A DNA stretch of 64,000 nt from Octopus vulgaris (lineage: Eukaryota): NCBI GenBank assembly GCA_951406725.2, contig OX597822.1:66588001-66652000 (forward strand), read 5' to 3'. Of this stretch, positions 12,890-27,033 are shown in pieces. A model generated the notes under the pieces. It made no database searches. It saw only the letters and a program-made list of their open reading frames with translations, and was not told the DNA's origin. The position numbers were made by a program, and so were the translations under genes. Position 1 is the stretch's first letter. Every line of letters begins with the position of its first letter.

Positions 12890-13505
12890 ACAGCAACCAA
12901 AAATCCCAACATTGTCGTCATAATACAGCACCATATGTTGCAACAGTTTGGGCTTCAAGGTACTACAGCTCTTCAATATCCGCCCACAACGCTTGAGAAG
13001 CCAACATGGGATGGATATTGTTGTTGTTGTTGTTTGTTCCTTCTCGAGCCACGCTTGGCTCATAGGCCCGGTTTCTCAGTTTCCTTGGCGCATAGGCTCC
13101 CCACCTGGACGGGACGCCGGTCCGTCGCAGGTGAGCTGCAAGATGCAGGAGTGCGAGAAATTTGTGGCGAAAGAGTCAACAGAAGTTCGCTATTACATTC
13201 TGCCGGAGCCGTGTGGAGCATGGGTGTTTCGTTCATAAACACACACATCGCCCGGTCTGAGATTCGAACCCGTGATCCCTCGACCTCGAGTCCGCTGCTT
13301 AACCACTAGGTCATGTGCCTCCACACATGGGATGGATATAGGCGTCTTCAAAACAAAATTGGCTCTATAGAGTCAAGAGTTCCGGATGAACCTACCTCGA
13401 GGCAAATGTCATACATCAGAGGAATCTTAGTGAAAGGCAAACGGCAGTACTCCAACATGGTCGCAGCCCTCGGCTGGAAACTAGAAAAATCAAAGACATA
13501 AGAGA
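12890..13505 (+). mobile_element. CR1-clade LINE 3' end, split by a SINE
   Basis: CNSLGFKVLQLFNIRPQRLRSQHGMDI [SINE] GVFKTKL..SRVPDEP resembles the CR1 RT C-terminus LFN.LP..LR....FK..LD.....PDEP. The 3' UTR reads GGCAGTACTCCAACATGGTCGCAG. Confidence 0.75.
13019..13324 (-). mobile_element. tRNA-derived SINE with (CAA)n tail and 15-bp TSD
   Basis: The minus-strand head GGAGGCACATGACCTAGTGGTTAAG...GGTTCGAATCTC carries A and B boxes. TSD ACATGGGATGGATAT at 13004-13018 and 13325-13339. Confidence 0.9.
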
Positions 13506-14304
13506 AGAATCATTGGGCCTAAGAATTGAATTTTTGGGGTTGGTGGGTTGGGCTGTTACTAAAAGTTGTGAGCATGCATTTAGTAACTATGTACGCACAT
13601 TCGTTTCATATGCAAACATTAGAAACTGCGACAAAGTGGTCGCTCAACGCACGTGTTAAATCGGTAGAACTCGTTGAAGTAATTGTAATTTTTGTTATGG
13701 AGTTGTTAATACAATCATAAGATCGTATGGCTTCAATGTAATAAAAAAATAAAATATACTTGATAACGTATGGTCGCCATAATAGTCTAAGATATTGTAA
13801 AATAGTTGACATGAACATTCGTAATATGTTTTCTAAATACGACGTGTGTGGCTAAGAGAAATTAAATAAATTAGAGTGTCACTTTGATTATCCATTACAT
13901 TAAAACGTTGTCAGAATCTTTAACAGTTCCATTTAATGACAGAAGACATTTGTAGCACTTCTTTTCTGTCGATCAATGTTTAGTTTTCTTCAAGAAGATA
14001 TACTCAGCTGAAGTTCATCCTGTCTAATCACACTTAAGAAATACATCGTAGTGTTTCTCTGTCAGAAACAAGATATTGAACTTGTGGTTACAGATGACGA
14101 AAATTAACGAACTCAAAGATAGACATGTGATATAATATAAACGACGTTTTCAGCGATAAAAATAAAAAATATCTAAATAGATGGGTTGTTTCTTCAATAT
14201 ATGAAAGAAGATCATATAATAAGCTTATGTTCGCTTAAAATTTTTCCCTTTTATCAGTGGAGACAGACAGAATCAAGAAAAATTCCCCTTGGATTTGAAT
14301 ACTA

Positions 14305-14548
14305 TATTCTTTACTCTTTTACTTGTTTCAGTCATGTGACTGTGGCCATGCTGGAGCACCGCCTTTTAGTCGATCAAATCGACCCCAGGATTTATTCTCT
14401 GTAAGCCTAGTACTTATTTTATCGGTCTCTTTTTTGGCAAACCGCTAAGTTACGGGGACGTAAACACACCAGCATCGGTTGTCAAGCGATGTTGGGGGGA
14501 CAAACACAGACACACAAACACGCACATACATATATATACATATATACA
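14305..14548 (-). mobile_element. CORE-like SINE 3' half
   Basis: TTTACTCTTTTACTTGTTTCAGTCATGTGACTGTGGCCATGCTGGAGCACC... is the reverse complement of the family 3' half. Confidence 0.85.
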
Positions 14549-15330
14549 CTATGGAAATTTTTTTTTTTAAATCTTTCCACATGCGCAAACATGTCCTGAG
14601 CCTAGGTCTTCCCGAGCTATTCCTGGACAGAAAATGTCACCGTTTATTAGGTGGATTGGATAGTTCCTTAAGAGTTCGCCACTAGGAAAATGACGGGGTC
14701 CTGGGCAAGCAAAACTGAAATACTCTACTTCGCATCTGGAATGTTGTCAAACGCTCACAATCGGGCACTCTTGAAGATTGTTGGCGAGCGAAAGTGACAA
14801 CGTTCCGGGGAAACTCTGGGCGTCCATGTAAATCAATTGGCTGTTCTGCTCTGGATACTTTCTCGGTGGGGTTTAGGGATACATTTCTGAAATTCCAGTC
14901 TTATCAATGCTGACTCGAGATAAACTCTAGGGGTACAGAAGCGCTATCGACCGGACATGACCGAGATGTGTGCATGTCTACGAAACTGTTCTACATGCAT
15001 ATAAGCAACAAACGAGCATTCCTGATCGGTCTGTTCTAGAATAGTCCTACTATCCTCCTCTTGTTAGAAAGAAGCATTAATTTGTTTACAAGCTTCTGCA
15101 AAAGAGATGGTGTTGCAGACGATGTTGAACCTGAAGAAGATAGACATCTTTATTTCGACTAACCAACGTTTACAATATTCACTTGAAGAAGAAACCGTGA
15201 GTGGATACATGAGAATTGTATGCATAACCCAGTGAATGGGCCTAAACTGAAAGTACGTATATAGATTGGTGGAGGACAAGGACAGGAGAGGACATTTGTA
15301 TTTATGATCAGATTGACGTTCAGTTTACGG

Positions 15331-15769
15331 TGTTATCCTCCCTTTGATTAATCAAATATTGTTTGAATTTGTGTTTCTCTATATCTGTTCTTCGGTGAAA
15401 ACGGGAATCATGATCGTATCAGTGGACTATATGCAACATGGCGACGGCAGATGATGTGATACGTCGAAGAGATAAGAACCGATTGGGACTCTGTTCGACG
15501 GGTCACTCGGTAGGACCTGGGTATTTACCTATAAATGATAAATGTATTAACACGCTGCAACTGCTCTGCTCTCTCTCACCTTATAAGATTCATTTCTGTT
15601 ATGTCACATGTTGCACGTTTGCATTTAATACAACACTTTGTTGTATTGGACCGCCTGCAGTGGTTTTGTAAACCCTTAAATATCATCATCATCATCTGAA
15701 GCAATCATTATATTTATCGTCACTTGATTATATAGATTAGCTTGTGTCGCACTATTATTTGCTGTAACA
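15331..15769 (+). mobile_element. Possible solo LTR
   Basis: TGTTA...TAACA termini, internal CTATAAAT followed by CTCTCTC and AATACA. The TSD is not clean (TACGG/TATGT). Confidence 0.3.
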
Positions 15770-16298
15770 TATGTTAATACCCTTCCTGAGAATATTTCGT
15801 TTCACTACAGATAAATCCGTATAGCAGGAACAGCGATGTTTTTTAATGACTGATTATGAAGAAAGCATTTTAAAGTTTGACATATCAACCATCACAAACT
15901 CACTATCTAAGCCTAAATTATCAAACGATAAGAAATCTGTGTTAATAGCATTAACTACGGGCTTTCTAGCAGTGAATTTTATGTTTCCCTGTATCTTGGA
16001 AATATATTTATCCTTGCTTGTATTAAGTACCTCCAGGGTGGAGATAATTCTTCTGCTTAACTTATTAATTGAAACCAGTTTTATCACCAAGTAGATACAT
16101 TCCATTTTGAAGTTTTATTACGACCCATATAACTCTGTTCAATCGAAGGCTTTCCATTTGAAATTTGATTTGCTTCATAAACATCTCAAGATTTTATATC
16201 ACTCGTGTTATGCTGAGTAAAGCAACTAGACCGTGTTCATTAACTTCTCATGTATATGCGAGTGTGTATGTGTGTGTATAAAATTGTGCGTGCGAGCA

Positions 16299-16329
<31 letters not shown>

Positions 16330-16601
16330 TCATACTCACAGGAACATATATATGTACATATGAGCATGCATACACACAAATATACGCACGGAAATACATA
16401 TACACATGAACACAAGCACACACACACACACACACACACATACATGTATAGGTATATATAAATGTGTATATATATATATATATAACTATTAATCTTTCAA
16501 ATTGAATGTACTACGAATGCAGGAAATGCCACATACCCATGATAAATGGATATGTGGATATTGATATAAGCATAGATAGATAGACAGACAGACAGATAGA
16601 G

Positions 16602-16676
<75 letters not shown>

Positions 16677-17083
16677 CAGCTACATACATATATACATACA
16701 TACATACATACATGGATAGACAGACAGACAGATAAATAGACAGACAGATAGATAGATAGAGAGAGAGAGATGAATGGTGAGAGAGACAGAGATGCAGAGA
16801 GGCATGAACGTGGATGTGTCCATGTCTGTATATATGCGTGTTTGTCTGAATTGGAATACGGAAAATGACAGAAGAGCAATTTTGGCTGCACCGTGAGAAA
16901 GGATTCAAATCCTTCTATAATGGTAATTACTAAGAATTCTATGAGAAGCAATCGAATGGGAAATAATTATTCTAACATAAATAGAAATTTAATAGCGTTG
17001 GTCTTAATATAGATAATGAAATTAATGGATAAATCTTTCCCACTCTCACAAAGTGTCAACCTACATATACACATATACATGTA

Positions 17084-17171
<88 letters not shown>

Positions 17172-17203
17172 TGTATGTATGTATGCATGGATATACACGT
17201 ACA

Positions 17204-17259
<56 letters not shown>

Positions 17260-18049
17260 ATCTACGCATATGTGCTTGTGTATGTGCTCGGGTGCGAGTG
17301 TGAAATAATTGAATTTGCAAGGTAGGCTTAGTATATGTAATATACGGTTTTGAGCTGTCATATTACAGAGAGGTTGTACAACCCTTTCTGTTGAATTGTT
17401 TCTGCATGAATGATTAACGACAGTTCGGAATGAATGAGTTTGGTATATAATCATCGTCATTATTCATGAAGTAATTGTTACTGAAGCCAATAGGTTAAAT
17501 GTTACAGGACATGATGCTTAATGGTGTCAAAAGAGCATAGCACTTTAGTCCTTTAGCCACACATACATACAGACACAGTCTTTCCCCACTTTCGTCTTTT
17601 GCGCTTTCACTCAGTTTCTCACTGAGTATATACTTGCCGATACATACATACATATATGTTTATGGATATATATATACATATATATATATATATAGAGAGA
17701 GAGAGGGAGAGGTGGGAGAGGCACGTATATATATCTTTGTGTGTGCACATGTATGTATTTGTAAGTATATATATGTTTATATATATATATATGTGCATAC
17801 GTATGTGTCTAAGTATATATGCATACATACGTATATTTGTATACATACATACAAATATATAAATGTATATATATATATACAGAGAGAGAGAGGAATAGAT
17901 AGATAGAGAACCAGAGAGAGATAAGCATATTTAGACATGTAGAGAGACATATATATGCTATATATATGTATATTCCTGTGTCTGTAGATATATTTATATA
18001 TATACATAAATAAGGCATACACAGCGGTACACACATACATACGCATATA

Positions 18050-18117
<68 letters not shown>

Positions 18118-18693
18118 TGTGTGCGTGTGTATGTGTGTGTGTGTGTGTGTTTATGGATGGATGGATGGATGGATGGGTGGATGTATGTACTAACGTGTGA
18201 GAGTGTATATTTTCAATATATTCTTTTGAAATAACTTCCTATAGTTTTAGTTCATTAAGTATTCCACAACTTTGGCGCATTAAAATGTAATACGTGTCTG
18301 CCGAATGATATAACAAATCTTTCATAACGAATTAAAATCGATAACAAACGCCCTTTCGTTGTGAAAGGCCTCATATAATCCAGGTTACCAAATCTTTATG
18401 AATGCACATATGTTTTATATGGACCTCATGTAATACCGAAAGCACTGTCGAATTTTATGTGAATAATTTTTTTTAACTGTTTTGTAACTAGAACAGTTAA
18501 AATATAATGTAGGTAATTTCATATGTGACAATGTCAGCAACAGCATATAATTAAATATTAAAATTATCCTGTGTAACAACTTGCTCGTATAATTTGATTA
18601 CAATATGTACAAGAAATGTATATGCATATGTATATATATTTATGCAGTCATCAACATTGTTATAATGTCTTGTTGTTGAGATAGTTTCTCTTT

Positions 18694-18779
18694 CTTTCCC
18701 GATGAGAAGATTACATTATTTTACCCCGTTTATTCCTCTGGAATAAAACCAATGTTGTCTTCGAAACATATGTCGAAAG
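18694..18779 (+). ncRNA. Type I minimal hammerhead ribozyme motif in a putative Penelope-like terminal repeat (~18640-18980)
   Basis: CTTTC | CCGATGA | GAAGA..long loop..TCTTC | GAAA | CATATG | TC | GAAAG. Stems I and II and the palindromic minimal stem III all pair. The core has one change (CTGATGA to CCGATGA). Confidence 0.75.
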
Positions 18780-18974
18780 TAAAAGAATTTGAATAACACC
18801 TGCGTTCACCTCCATTTATTTACTTATACGATACAAATTACTGCATATTAACCCGGAGTTTCTACCTTTGAATAGGTCGCTACATCCTTGTTACTTGCGT
18901 GAATTTTGCTACCCTGGTAACGGGCTTATTGAATTTTCCGTGTAAACTGTAAACAAAGGATAATCCATTCATCC

Positions 18975-19041
<67 letters not shown>

Positions 19042-19094
19042 AGTGTGTGTGTGTGTGTATGTATGTATGTATAGATAGATAGATAGATAGATAT

Positions 19095-19161
<67 letters not shown>

Positions 19162-19642
19162 TATAGATAGATAGAAACATAATTTTCTACATGCATGTCG
19201 TGACACTTGTAAATGTTGTAGTTTCTAGGTTTCTGAAAGCTTGAATCAACCCTCAGCTTCTTTGATTAATGTGGGAGAATGTGTAGGAATTTCGTTTCTT
19301 GGTACTCTTAAATGCGACCAACCAATGGCAGCCCTTCTTGGTGGCAGGTATTTGCTTACGCTGCACGTTTGTTGCGTTTCATTTTGTATCTCCCTAAATT
19401 AGATAAAGTACTATAGTAATACCAATAGCATTCCTGTATCGAAGGGCAGAATTTGAAATGAGAAGACAAAGTCCTGGAACAGATACAGCAGGATCACATG
19501 AAAACCTCTTGCAACTCCGCTAAATTAAGGTACTGCACATCGAATAGGTTCAAACCAAAATTTCCTTGCCGTATTTTGAATCAGTTTAGGCATATTAGAA
19601 ACAAATATTTAAATTACTTCTATTCATGGTATTATGAGGAAT

Positions 19643-19675
<33 letters not shown>

Positions 19676-19744
19676 CACACGCACACACACACACACAGAC
19701 ACACAATCATCCAAATATGCGAACAGAAAATATATACACATGTA

Positions 19745-20258
19745 TTGTGACCCCCTTCGGTTATAAAGGACCATGGGATTGCACCTAGAAAGTTACCCTC
19801 CGAGGCACAAGTCTGGGCAAGATTCTTTATGGAAGAGCAGTAGTCGCCCGTGCATACCAGCCTCCCCTCACTACACCACCGATGTTATCCAAGGGAAAGG
19901 CAAAGGGGCCGATACAGCTTGGCCCCAGTGACGTCGCAGCTCATTTATTAACGTGCAAGTGGATGAGCACCCCACAGACACGTGTACCATTAACGTAGTT
20001 CTCGGGGAAATTCAGCGTGACACAGAGTGTGACAAGGCTGGCCCTTTGAAATACAGGTACAACAGAAACAGGAAGAAAGAGTGAGAGAAAGTTGTGGTGA
20101 AAGAGTACAGCAGGGCTCACCACCACCCCCTGCCTGAGTCTCGCGGAGCTTTAGGTGTTTTCGCTCAATAAACACTCACAATGCCCGGTCTAGGTATCGA
20201 AACTGCGATCCTACGAGCGCGAGTCCTCTGCCCTAACCACTTGGCAATTGCGCCTCCA
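19745..20258 (-). mobile_element. tRNA-headed SINE composite with an RTE-like 3' region
   Basis: Head GGAGGCGCAATTGCCAAGTGGTTAGG...GTTTCGATACC. The body shares TGTACCTGTATTTCAAAGGGCCAGCCTTGTCACACTC with the copy at 49348. The distal part (TGTATCGGCCCCTTTGCCTTTCCCTTGGATAAC...) resembles RTE 5' UTR-type tails. Confidence 0.7.
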
Positions 20259-20559
20259 CACACATCTTTTAACAGTGCAGCTATTGACACAGGCAAGTGT
20301 TATTTCAGTAATTTCAACAAAAGTTGCGAATATAGCGTACATATGTAAAATGGCTACAATTTTTGTGAAATTTTTAAATTGTATACATTTTGAAATATAC
20401 TGACTTATATATAATGTATTAAGATAAGGTAGGAACTTCTAAGTCACACGAGTTAAATTTATAACAATCGGCCATAATATGCGTTGAAGAAAAGGAAAAC
20501 GAAACAGAATTGCATCTCATGCTTAAAGTGTTATGGTTCAGAATCTTGTGATGTATACT

Positions 20560-20931
20560 CCCCACGTATTATTACGAAGGAGCACGACCACGTATTATAA
20601 CGACGTATTATAATGAAGGACCACATATTATAACGACGAGGGTCCGAAATGATACGGTCAACGGAACAGCTTGCTCGGGAAATTAACGTGCAAGTGGCTG
20701 AGCAATCCACAGACACATGAAACTCTAACGTAGTTCCGAGAAAGATTCAGTGTGACACTGAGTGCGATAAGGCTGTACCTCAGAAATACAGGTACAACTC
20801 ATTTTTGCCAGCTGAGTGGATTGGAGCAACCTGAAATAAAGTGTCTTGCTGAAGGACACAATGCGTCGCTGGGAATCGAACCCGCAACCTTATATTTGTG
20901 AGTGGAATGCCCGAACCACTAAGCCACGCGC
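20560..20931 (-). mobile_element. tRNA-derived SINE (family of 49348)
   Basis: Reverse complement of GCGCGTGGCTTAGTGGTT...TTCGATTCCC...CAAGACACTTTATTTCA...CCACTCAGCTGGCAAAAATGAGTTG, with a short tandem tail at 20560-20640. Confidence 0.8.
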
Positions 20932-21058
20932 ACACACACATGCACACACGCACAAACACATGCACGCACACACACACACATGCACGAACACGCACATATA
21001 CACGCAGACACACATGCACGCACACGCGCATGCACACACACACGCATGCACGCACATA

Positions 21059-21117
<59 letters not shown>

Positions 21118-21118
<1 letters not shown>

Positions 21119-21285
21119 CGACAGGCGTCTTTCAATTTCCGTCTACCAAATCCACTCACAAAGATTTGGTCGGCCCGAAGCAATAGCAGAAGACACTTGC
21201 CCTAGGTGCCACGTTATGGGACTGAACTCAGAACCATGAATGGTAGGCAAACTACTTACATTACAGACACTCCTTCACACAGCCA
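21118..21285 (-). mobile_element. CORE-like SINE 5' half
   Basis: TTTCCGTCTACCAAATCCACTCACAAAG...GAAGACACTTGCCCTAGGTGCCAC. Confidence 0.8.
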
Positions 21286-22269
21286 TACACAACTTAGATA
21301 TATACGACAGTGACATCTCGATGAATTTAAATAAATTAAAATGAAATATTGGAATATGACCCACGTTGATATTTATATGGCAATTAGGATTAAATTATTA
21401 AATGATTGAATTAGGAGTGAATTACACGTCTCGTAGTAGAAATGAATGTAAGAAAAGTAGATTCACTCATGTTTCTTGGCTGCTTCTGGTAGTTAATTAT
21501 CTAAGAAAACTGATATACATACAAAATTGTCCTGTTTTTTTTTTTAAAAGATGAATTTGATTTCGGCCTCATTAATAGATGTGTAGGATGAGTAACACAT
21601 TAAATGGCACGTTCTGAATAATTGAAGCTTCATAAAGTGTTTTAGGTTTTAAGGAGATAATGTGTTTTAATGTAAATCAAATTAAAAGACACTATAAAGA
21701 GATGAGTAAGGGAAACGATATCAAACGTATGCATAATGTTAGTAATTGAAGATAGATAATTCAATCTTGTGAAATAAAATAGGTAAGAAATAGTTAACTA
21801 GAATAAGATTTCGTGAGTTAGTGAATTCGATATTGCTGTATGGATATTATTGGTTCAACATCAAGTTAAGTAAATAATATCACTAAGTATACTTCGTTAA
21901 TATATCGCGTAATATAGAGGAAATAACTTAAAAGGATAAGAAAAACATAATTTTGTGCAACAGGGTTGATATTATGATAAATAACGTACATAAAAATATA
22001 ACTATTGAGTTAACGGATTGTAGTAACAAGGTATTTTAAGAAAAATATTGATTTACTGTTAAAAGGAAATATATGTTTCTGGGTTTGGGAAATTGGACTC
22101 TAATTGTAACAGTGTTGTTTTTGATAGAAGTGTATCACATGGTGCAATCATTTTAGAGTTGTGTGTTCTTTATATAAGTAGTTATGCAGGGAAAAAGCTT
22201 TTATTTAAAAGCTGGACTTGTTATTTGAGTGAAACGATATGTATAATGTTAGTAATATGATTTGCAAAA

Positions 22270-22490
22270 ATGGCATTGAGTTGGTAGAATCGTTAGCACG
22301 CTGGCCAATTACGTTGCGGCATTTCGTCCGTCCTTATGTTCTGAGTTCAAATTCCACCGTGTTCGACTTTGTCTTTCACCCTTTAGGGATTGATAAAATA
22401 AGTACTAGTTGAGTACTGGAATCGATCTTATAGACTTATCCCGTCCTTCCCAGTTGCATGCCTTGTGCCAAAATTTGCAAGCAGTATTAA
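22270..22490 (+). mobile_element. Nin-like SINE monomer
   Basis: AGAATCGTTAGCACGC...TTCTGAGTTCAAATTCC...GATAAAATAAGTACTAG. Confidence 0.75.
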
Positions 22491-22669
22491 TAGCAAAAAT
22501 TGTGTAGCTATACGTGTATGCTGCCAATGTATAATAAAGAGCAATTAGGAACAGTAGCTGGGTTTAAATTACGCTTGGTATATCAAAGCAATTGGGTTTC
22601 ATATGAAGTAAATATCAGTAAATATATAAGTAACCTCAATAGTAACTACTAGTAACTGAATCGAAATGT

Positions 22670-22880
22670 TCGTTTCAAATGTTAGTACAAAGCCAACATG
22701 TTGGGGATCGTGTAAGCCGATCACCCCAGCGCTTCATTGGTACTTATTTTATCGACCCGTAAAGGATGAAAGGTAAAGTTGACTTCGGCCGAAACGGAAC
22801 TCAGAACGTAAAAACGGACGAAATGCCGCTAAGCATTTTACCCGCTGTGTTAACGATTCTGTCAGCTCACAGCATTATTG
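22670..22880 (-). mobile_element. Nin-like SINE monomer
   Basis: TGGTACTTATTTTATCGACCCGTAAAGGATGAAAGG...AACTCAGAACGTA...TAACGATTCTG. Confidence 0.75.
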
Positions 22881-23853
22881 AATCGAAATAGTATTGTTAG
22901 CATTATTCTGATTTGATATACTTTCCAAGCGTGAAAGACAAATATTGAGGACTTGTTGTAAACGTGTATATGAAGCAAATATTCTTATATTGACAGGCTC
23001 ATCTGGAATAATGCATCAGTGTTCCATAATACGCTGACAGAATTTCCTACTCGTTCATTAACCGTAAAAGTAACTAAGTATCTCGAAGACTCTCTTGCCA
23101 TACGTCTCACGTGAGATCCACTGTCACTGAGCTGGTTCTTTGAATTACGGGTACACACTACTTAACGGAATTCTACAGATATCGCCCAACCTGTTTCGCT
23201 CACAGGACTTGAACTATCTCGAGGCTATGGTAAATAATATCTACTAGTCAAATTTATCAAACAGTAGTTACGAATAACGAAACATGATTGTCAGGCGAAT
23301 TGCTTAGCCAATCAACCACGTTTCTGATTGCATACTGTTATAGCAATATAAACAATTATACGAAATAAATGCTATGACCGGTTGCATGTCGGGTATTAAA
23401 CAACCGAGACAGTAGGAAATGTCCGTTATTTAGTTACGTCAGTTACGTTCAGATTTCAAACTTTGCTGTTATCAGCATTATCTTTCATCTCACTTCATTT
23501 ACTTAGAAGCACAAATAACGTTCAGAAGCCAATTTAATCTACTGGAATACACGATAAAAAAAAAGGTCTCAAATAAACGACAAAGCTACTGATGATCGCT
23601 AGAACATGGGTTCGATTCCCGGACTGGGCGATGCACTGTTTTCTTGAGCAAAACGTTTGATTTCACGTTGGTAAACGGTTATTTCGACATATGAAGTGGG
23701 GGTACACTTGCGCACATGTACAGACAATATCAATTTGATGGAAAGTGACCATATGTAAACTATTTCATCGCTATTAACACATCATCTGTGTGGTTGTTAA
23801 AAAAAACGTCGAAAAATTATCCATCGACTAACGAACGGAGGGTCCATAGCATA

Positions 23854-23914
<61 letters not shown>

Positions 23915-23915
23915 C

Positions 23916-23947
<32 letters not shown>

Positions 23948-23949
<2 letters not shown>

Positions 23950-24170
23950 GAGGCGCGTGGCTTAGTGGTTAGCGTGTCAGCATCACGTCCTGGACCGGGC
24001 GACGCGTTGTGCTCTTGAGCAAAACACTTCATTTCACGTTGCTCCAATCCACTCAGCTGGCAAAAATGACTAACGCTGCGATGGACTGGCGTCCCATCCA
24101 GCTGGAAAACACATGCGCCAATGAAACGGGGAAACCGGGCCCATGAGCCTGGCTATGGTTGAAAAGGGAG
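23948..24170 (+). mobile_element. tRNA-derived SINE
   Basis: GGAGGCGCGTGGCTTAGTGGTTAG...CTTGAGCAAAACACTTCATTTCACGTTGCTCCAATCCACTCAGCTGGCAAAAATGA. The tail is shared with 13019 and 39435. Confidence 0.8.
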
Positions 24171-24434
24171 AAGTTTATCGTTTCATATATATATATATAT
24201 AGTAACTTACTGAAGATTAAAAGTTTTCACAAAGTGCTATTCAGAGACGGTGCGTGTGTATGTATTTGTATATATTTGTGCACATATGTATGCATGCATA
24301 TTTGATACACATACACCTATCTTTTATCGTTAGTAGTTTCAGTTATGAGACAACGACCAAGCTGCTGTACCACCTTATAGAAGTCTCAGTTGAATGAATC
24401 GATCCCAGAAATTATATATATATATATACATGTC

Positions 24435-24471
<37 letters not shown>

Positions 24472-24498
24472 ATATGTGTGTGTGTGTATACATGCATT

Positions 24499-24624
<126 letters not shown>

Positions 24625-24691
24625 ATGAAGGCGTATGGATTCGTGGTTAGGGTGTTTCACTCACGATTGCGAGATCGTGGGTTCGATTCCC

Positions 24692-25010
24692 AGTTGCGCA
24701 CTTTGGCTTGGTTGATAGAGCAGAAGCATCAACCCCTAATATGGCAACCATGTCAGTATGAATGTCCTTGGGGCTCTCCCTTTCTTCTGCATATATTTGA
24801 TAACACGACGGTGCAAAATTTTATCCATTTTCAGGAAATGTTTCTAGTACCATTTTTACAAGTCCTCAATTCTGTATCCAATGTGGGTTTATCTGGAAGG
24901 ACCAAAATGCAGATAGCATCGGTAAAGTTTGAATTTAGTGCATGCAAACTTTAATTAATATATGATAACTCCTTCTTAGTGATTCTATGAACTTCTCAAC
25001 CCACCCTCGC
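24692..25010 (-). mobile_element. Mariner 5' end (TIR plus transposase N-terminus)
   Basis: Minus-strand TIR-like CGAGGGTGGGTTGAGAAGTTCATA, then [40 protein letters not shown] with one frameshift, matching the mariner HTH N-terminus. Confidence 0.75.
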
Positions 25011-25432
25011 ATGTGTGTGTTTGTGTGTATGCGTGCGTGTATGTGTGCGTGCGTGTGTCCGAAATCTCACTTCGCAATCACGAACACTCGGTTTCGATTC
25101 CACCACGTGCATTTTGTATGTTATTTTTTAATAGTCTTGTATTGACGCATAACTTAGGAATGAAATTGGCTCGTCACAATCTATGTAAAAACACTTTCAA
25201 TAGAATGTGCCCGTATTTCGCAAATCTAACCTTTGCAAACTGCTTCAGCATGAGAATCATATTAAGAGTACACGTTCCTGCAGAACATTCATTCAAGTAC
25301 ATATTAATTTAATAAATTCGGTAGCATATTGGATCGAACAAGTGAAAATTCATCATCAGCGATTCTAAGCGAAATGCAATAGCTAGCTCGCCAGATAGAC
25401 AGCCAGCCAGCTAGATAGATAGATAAATAGAC

Positions 25433-25492
<60 letters not shown>

Positions 25493-25531
25493 TGATTGAT
25501 AGCTAAATAGGTTGATAGATAGATAGATAGG

Positions 25532-25575
<44 letters not shown>

Positions 25576-26802
25576 GAAAGAGCGACAGACAGAGATACTT
25601 AGATATAAATGCATACATATATACATATATATATATACACACACACATATTTAAAAAGAGAGAGAGGGGGGAAAGAGAGATGAAAGACATCATCTGCAAT
25701 ACGTTAAATATGTTGCGTAAATATTTTTAAAAAATGTTACAATATTAGTATTTGAATGTTATATCTCTTATCACGATATGGATCCGTATCTCTACTACTT
25801 GTTCACTAAAGTTGATTAAAGAAAGGAATGCCATGCTCCGATAACCGATGAGTCAAAATTTGGCAATAAAATATATTAGGAATGGAATTTACGGAAGATA
25901 TTGCTTTAAAAGCAGAAATATTGAGAATTTACTAAGAGAAAAGAAAAGCGGTTGAAAGCTTACCGGAATCCTTACTTTTAATATTGAAACGAAAATGTAA
26001 TTGGCTTGATATCAATAAATGTGTTTTAAGTAATTGCTTGCGCACCGGGGTTGGTTCGGGTATGGAAATACAAAGGAAATTAAGTTCCATGAGTAAGACC
26101 AGAATAAACGGATTTTGTAGGAGTTAGAGATTAAAGAGATCGCTCTATTAGAAATGAATATATTGTAAAGAGGATGTTTGTTCTGTGTGTTTAAATGTTG
26201 TCTTTTTTTTTTCTCGACAAATCAAAGTGTGAATGTGTGTTATTAAACAAAGTTAGAATGAACGGCAGAAGGTGAAATAGAGTGAAGCAATTGGAATGTT
26301 GACACAACTACCGGCTACGTAAAGTTGAGCTGAGTCACATGCAAAAAAAGTGATGATTTCGAATAGCAAATTTAATAACAATTTATAGAGTTCAACCGAC
26401 GATGGAAATATAGGTTGAATTTAATCTCTAGCACTGGTTTCACCAGGTAATCTAAACAGCGTTGAAATAGAAATCTATGTTCCATATTGCTAGATAGTTA
26501 TTTGGGTAAATATGTGAATATACATATCTATACTCCATTTACTCTTGGCGTTAACATAATTTATCAGAGTTGTACATTATTCCACTTTCTATCAAATTCT
26601 CTTTTACCGGTTCTAAATGTATAAAATTTTCCGAAACGGAGAGAAGTAGAACGCAATACGCAATTGAAAGAGCAGACACATTAAACATTCATTGTTTAGT
26701 ACCAAATCTAACAAAAGAATCACCGAAAGTTTTCTGCGCCGCACTTATCACTCAGGTTTTATATGTGTACTATATTGACAAACATGCGTACATACACCTT
26801 GA

Positions 26803-26857
<55 letters not shown>

Positions 26858-26991
26858 ATATATGTGCACACATGCGGGTGTACACGCATATATATATACA
26901 CATATGTATATATACATATAAGCATGGATTATGTATAAATATGTATATACGTGTATGTGCATTTCTATGTGTGTGCGTGTGTGTGTTTGTG

Positions 26992-27033
<42 letters not shown>

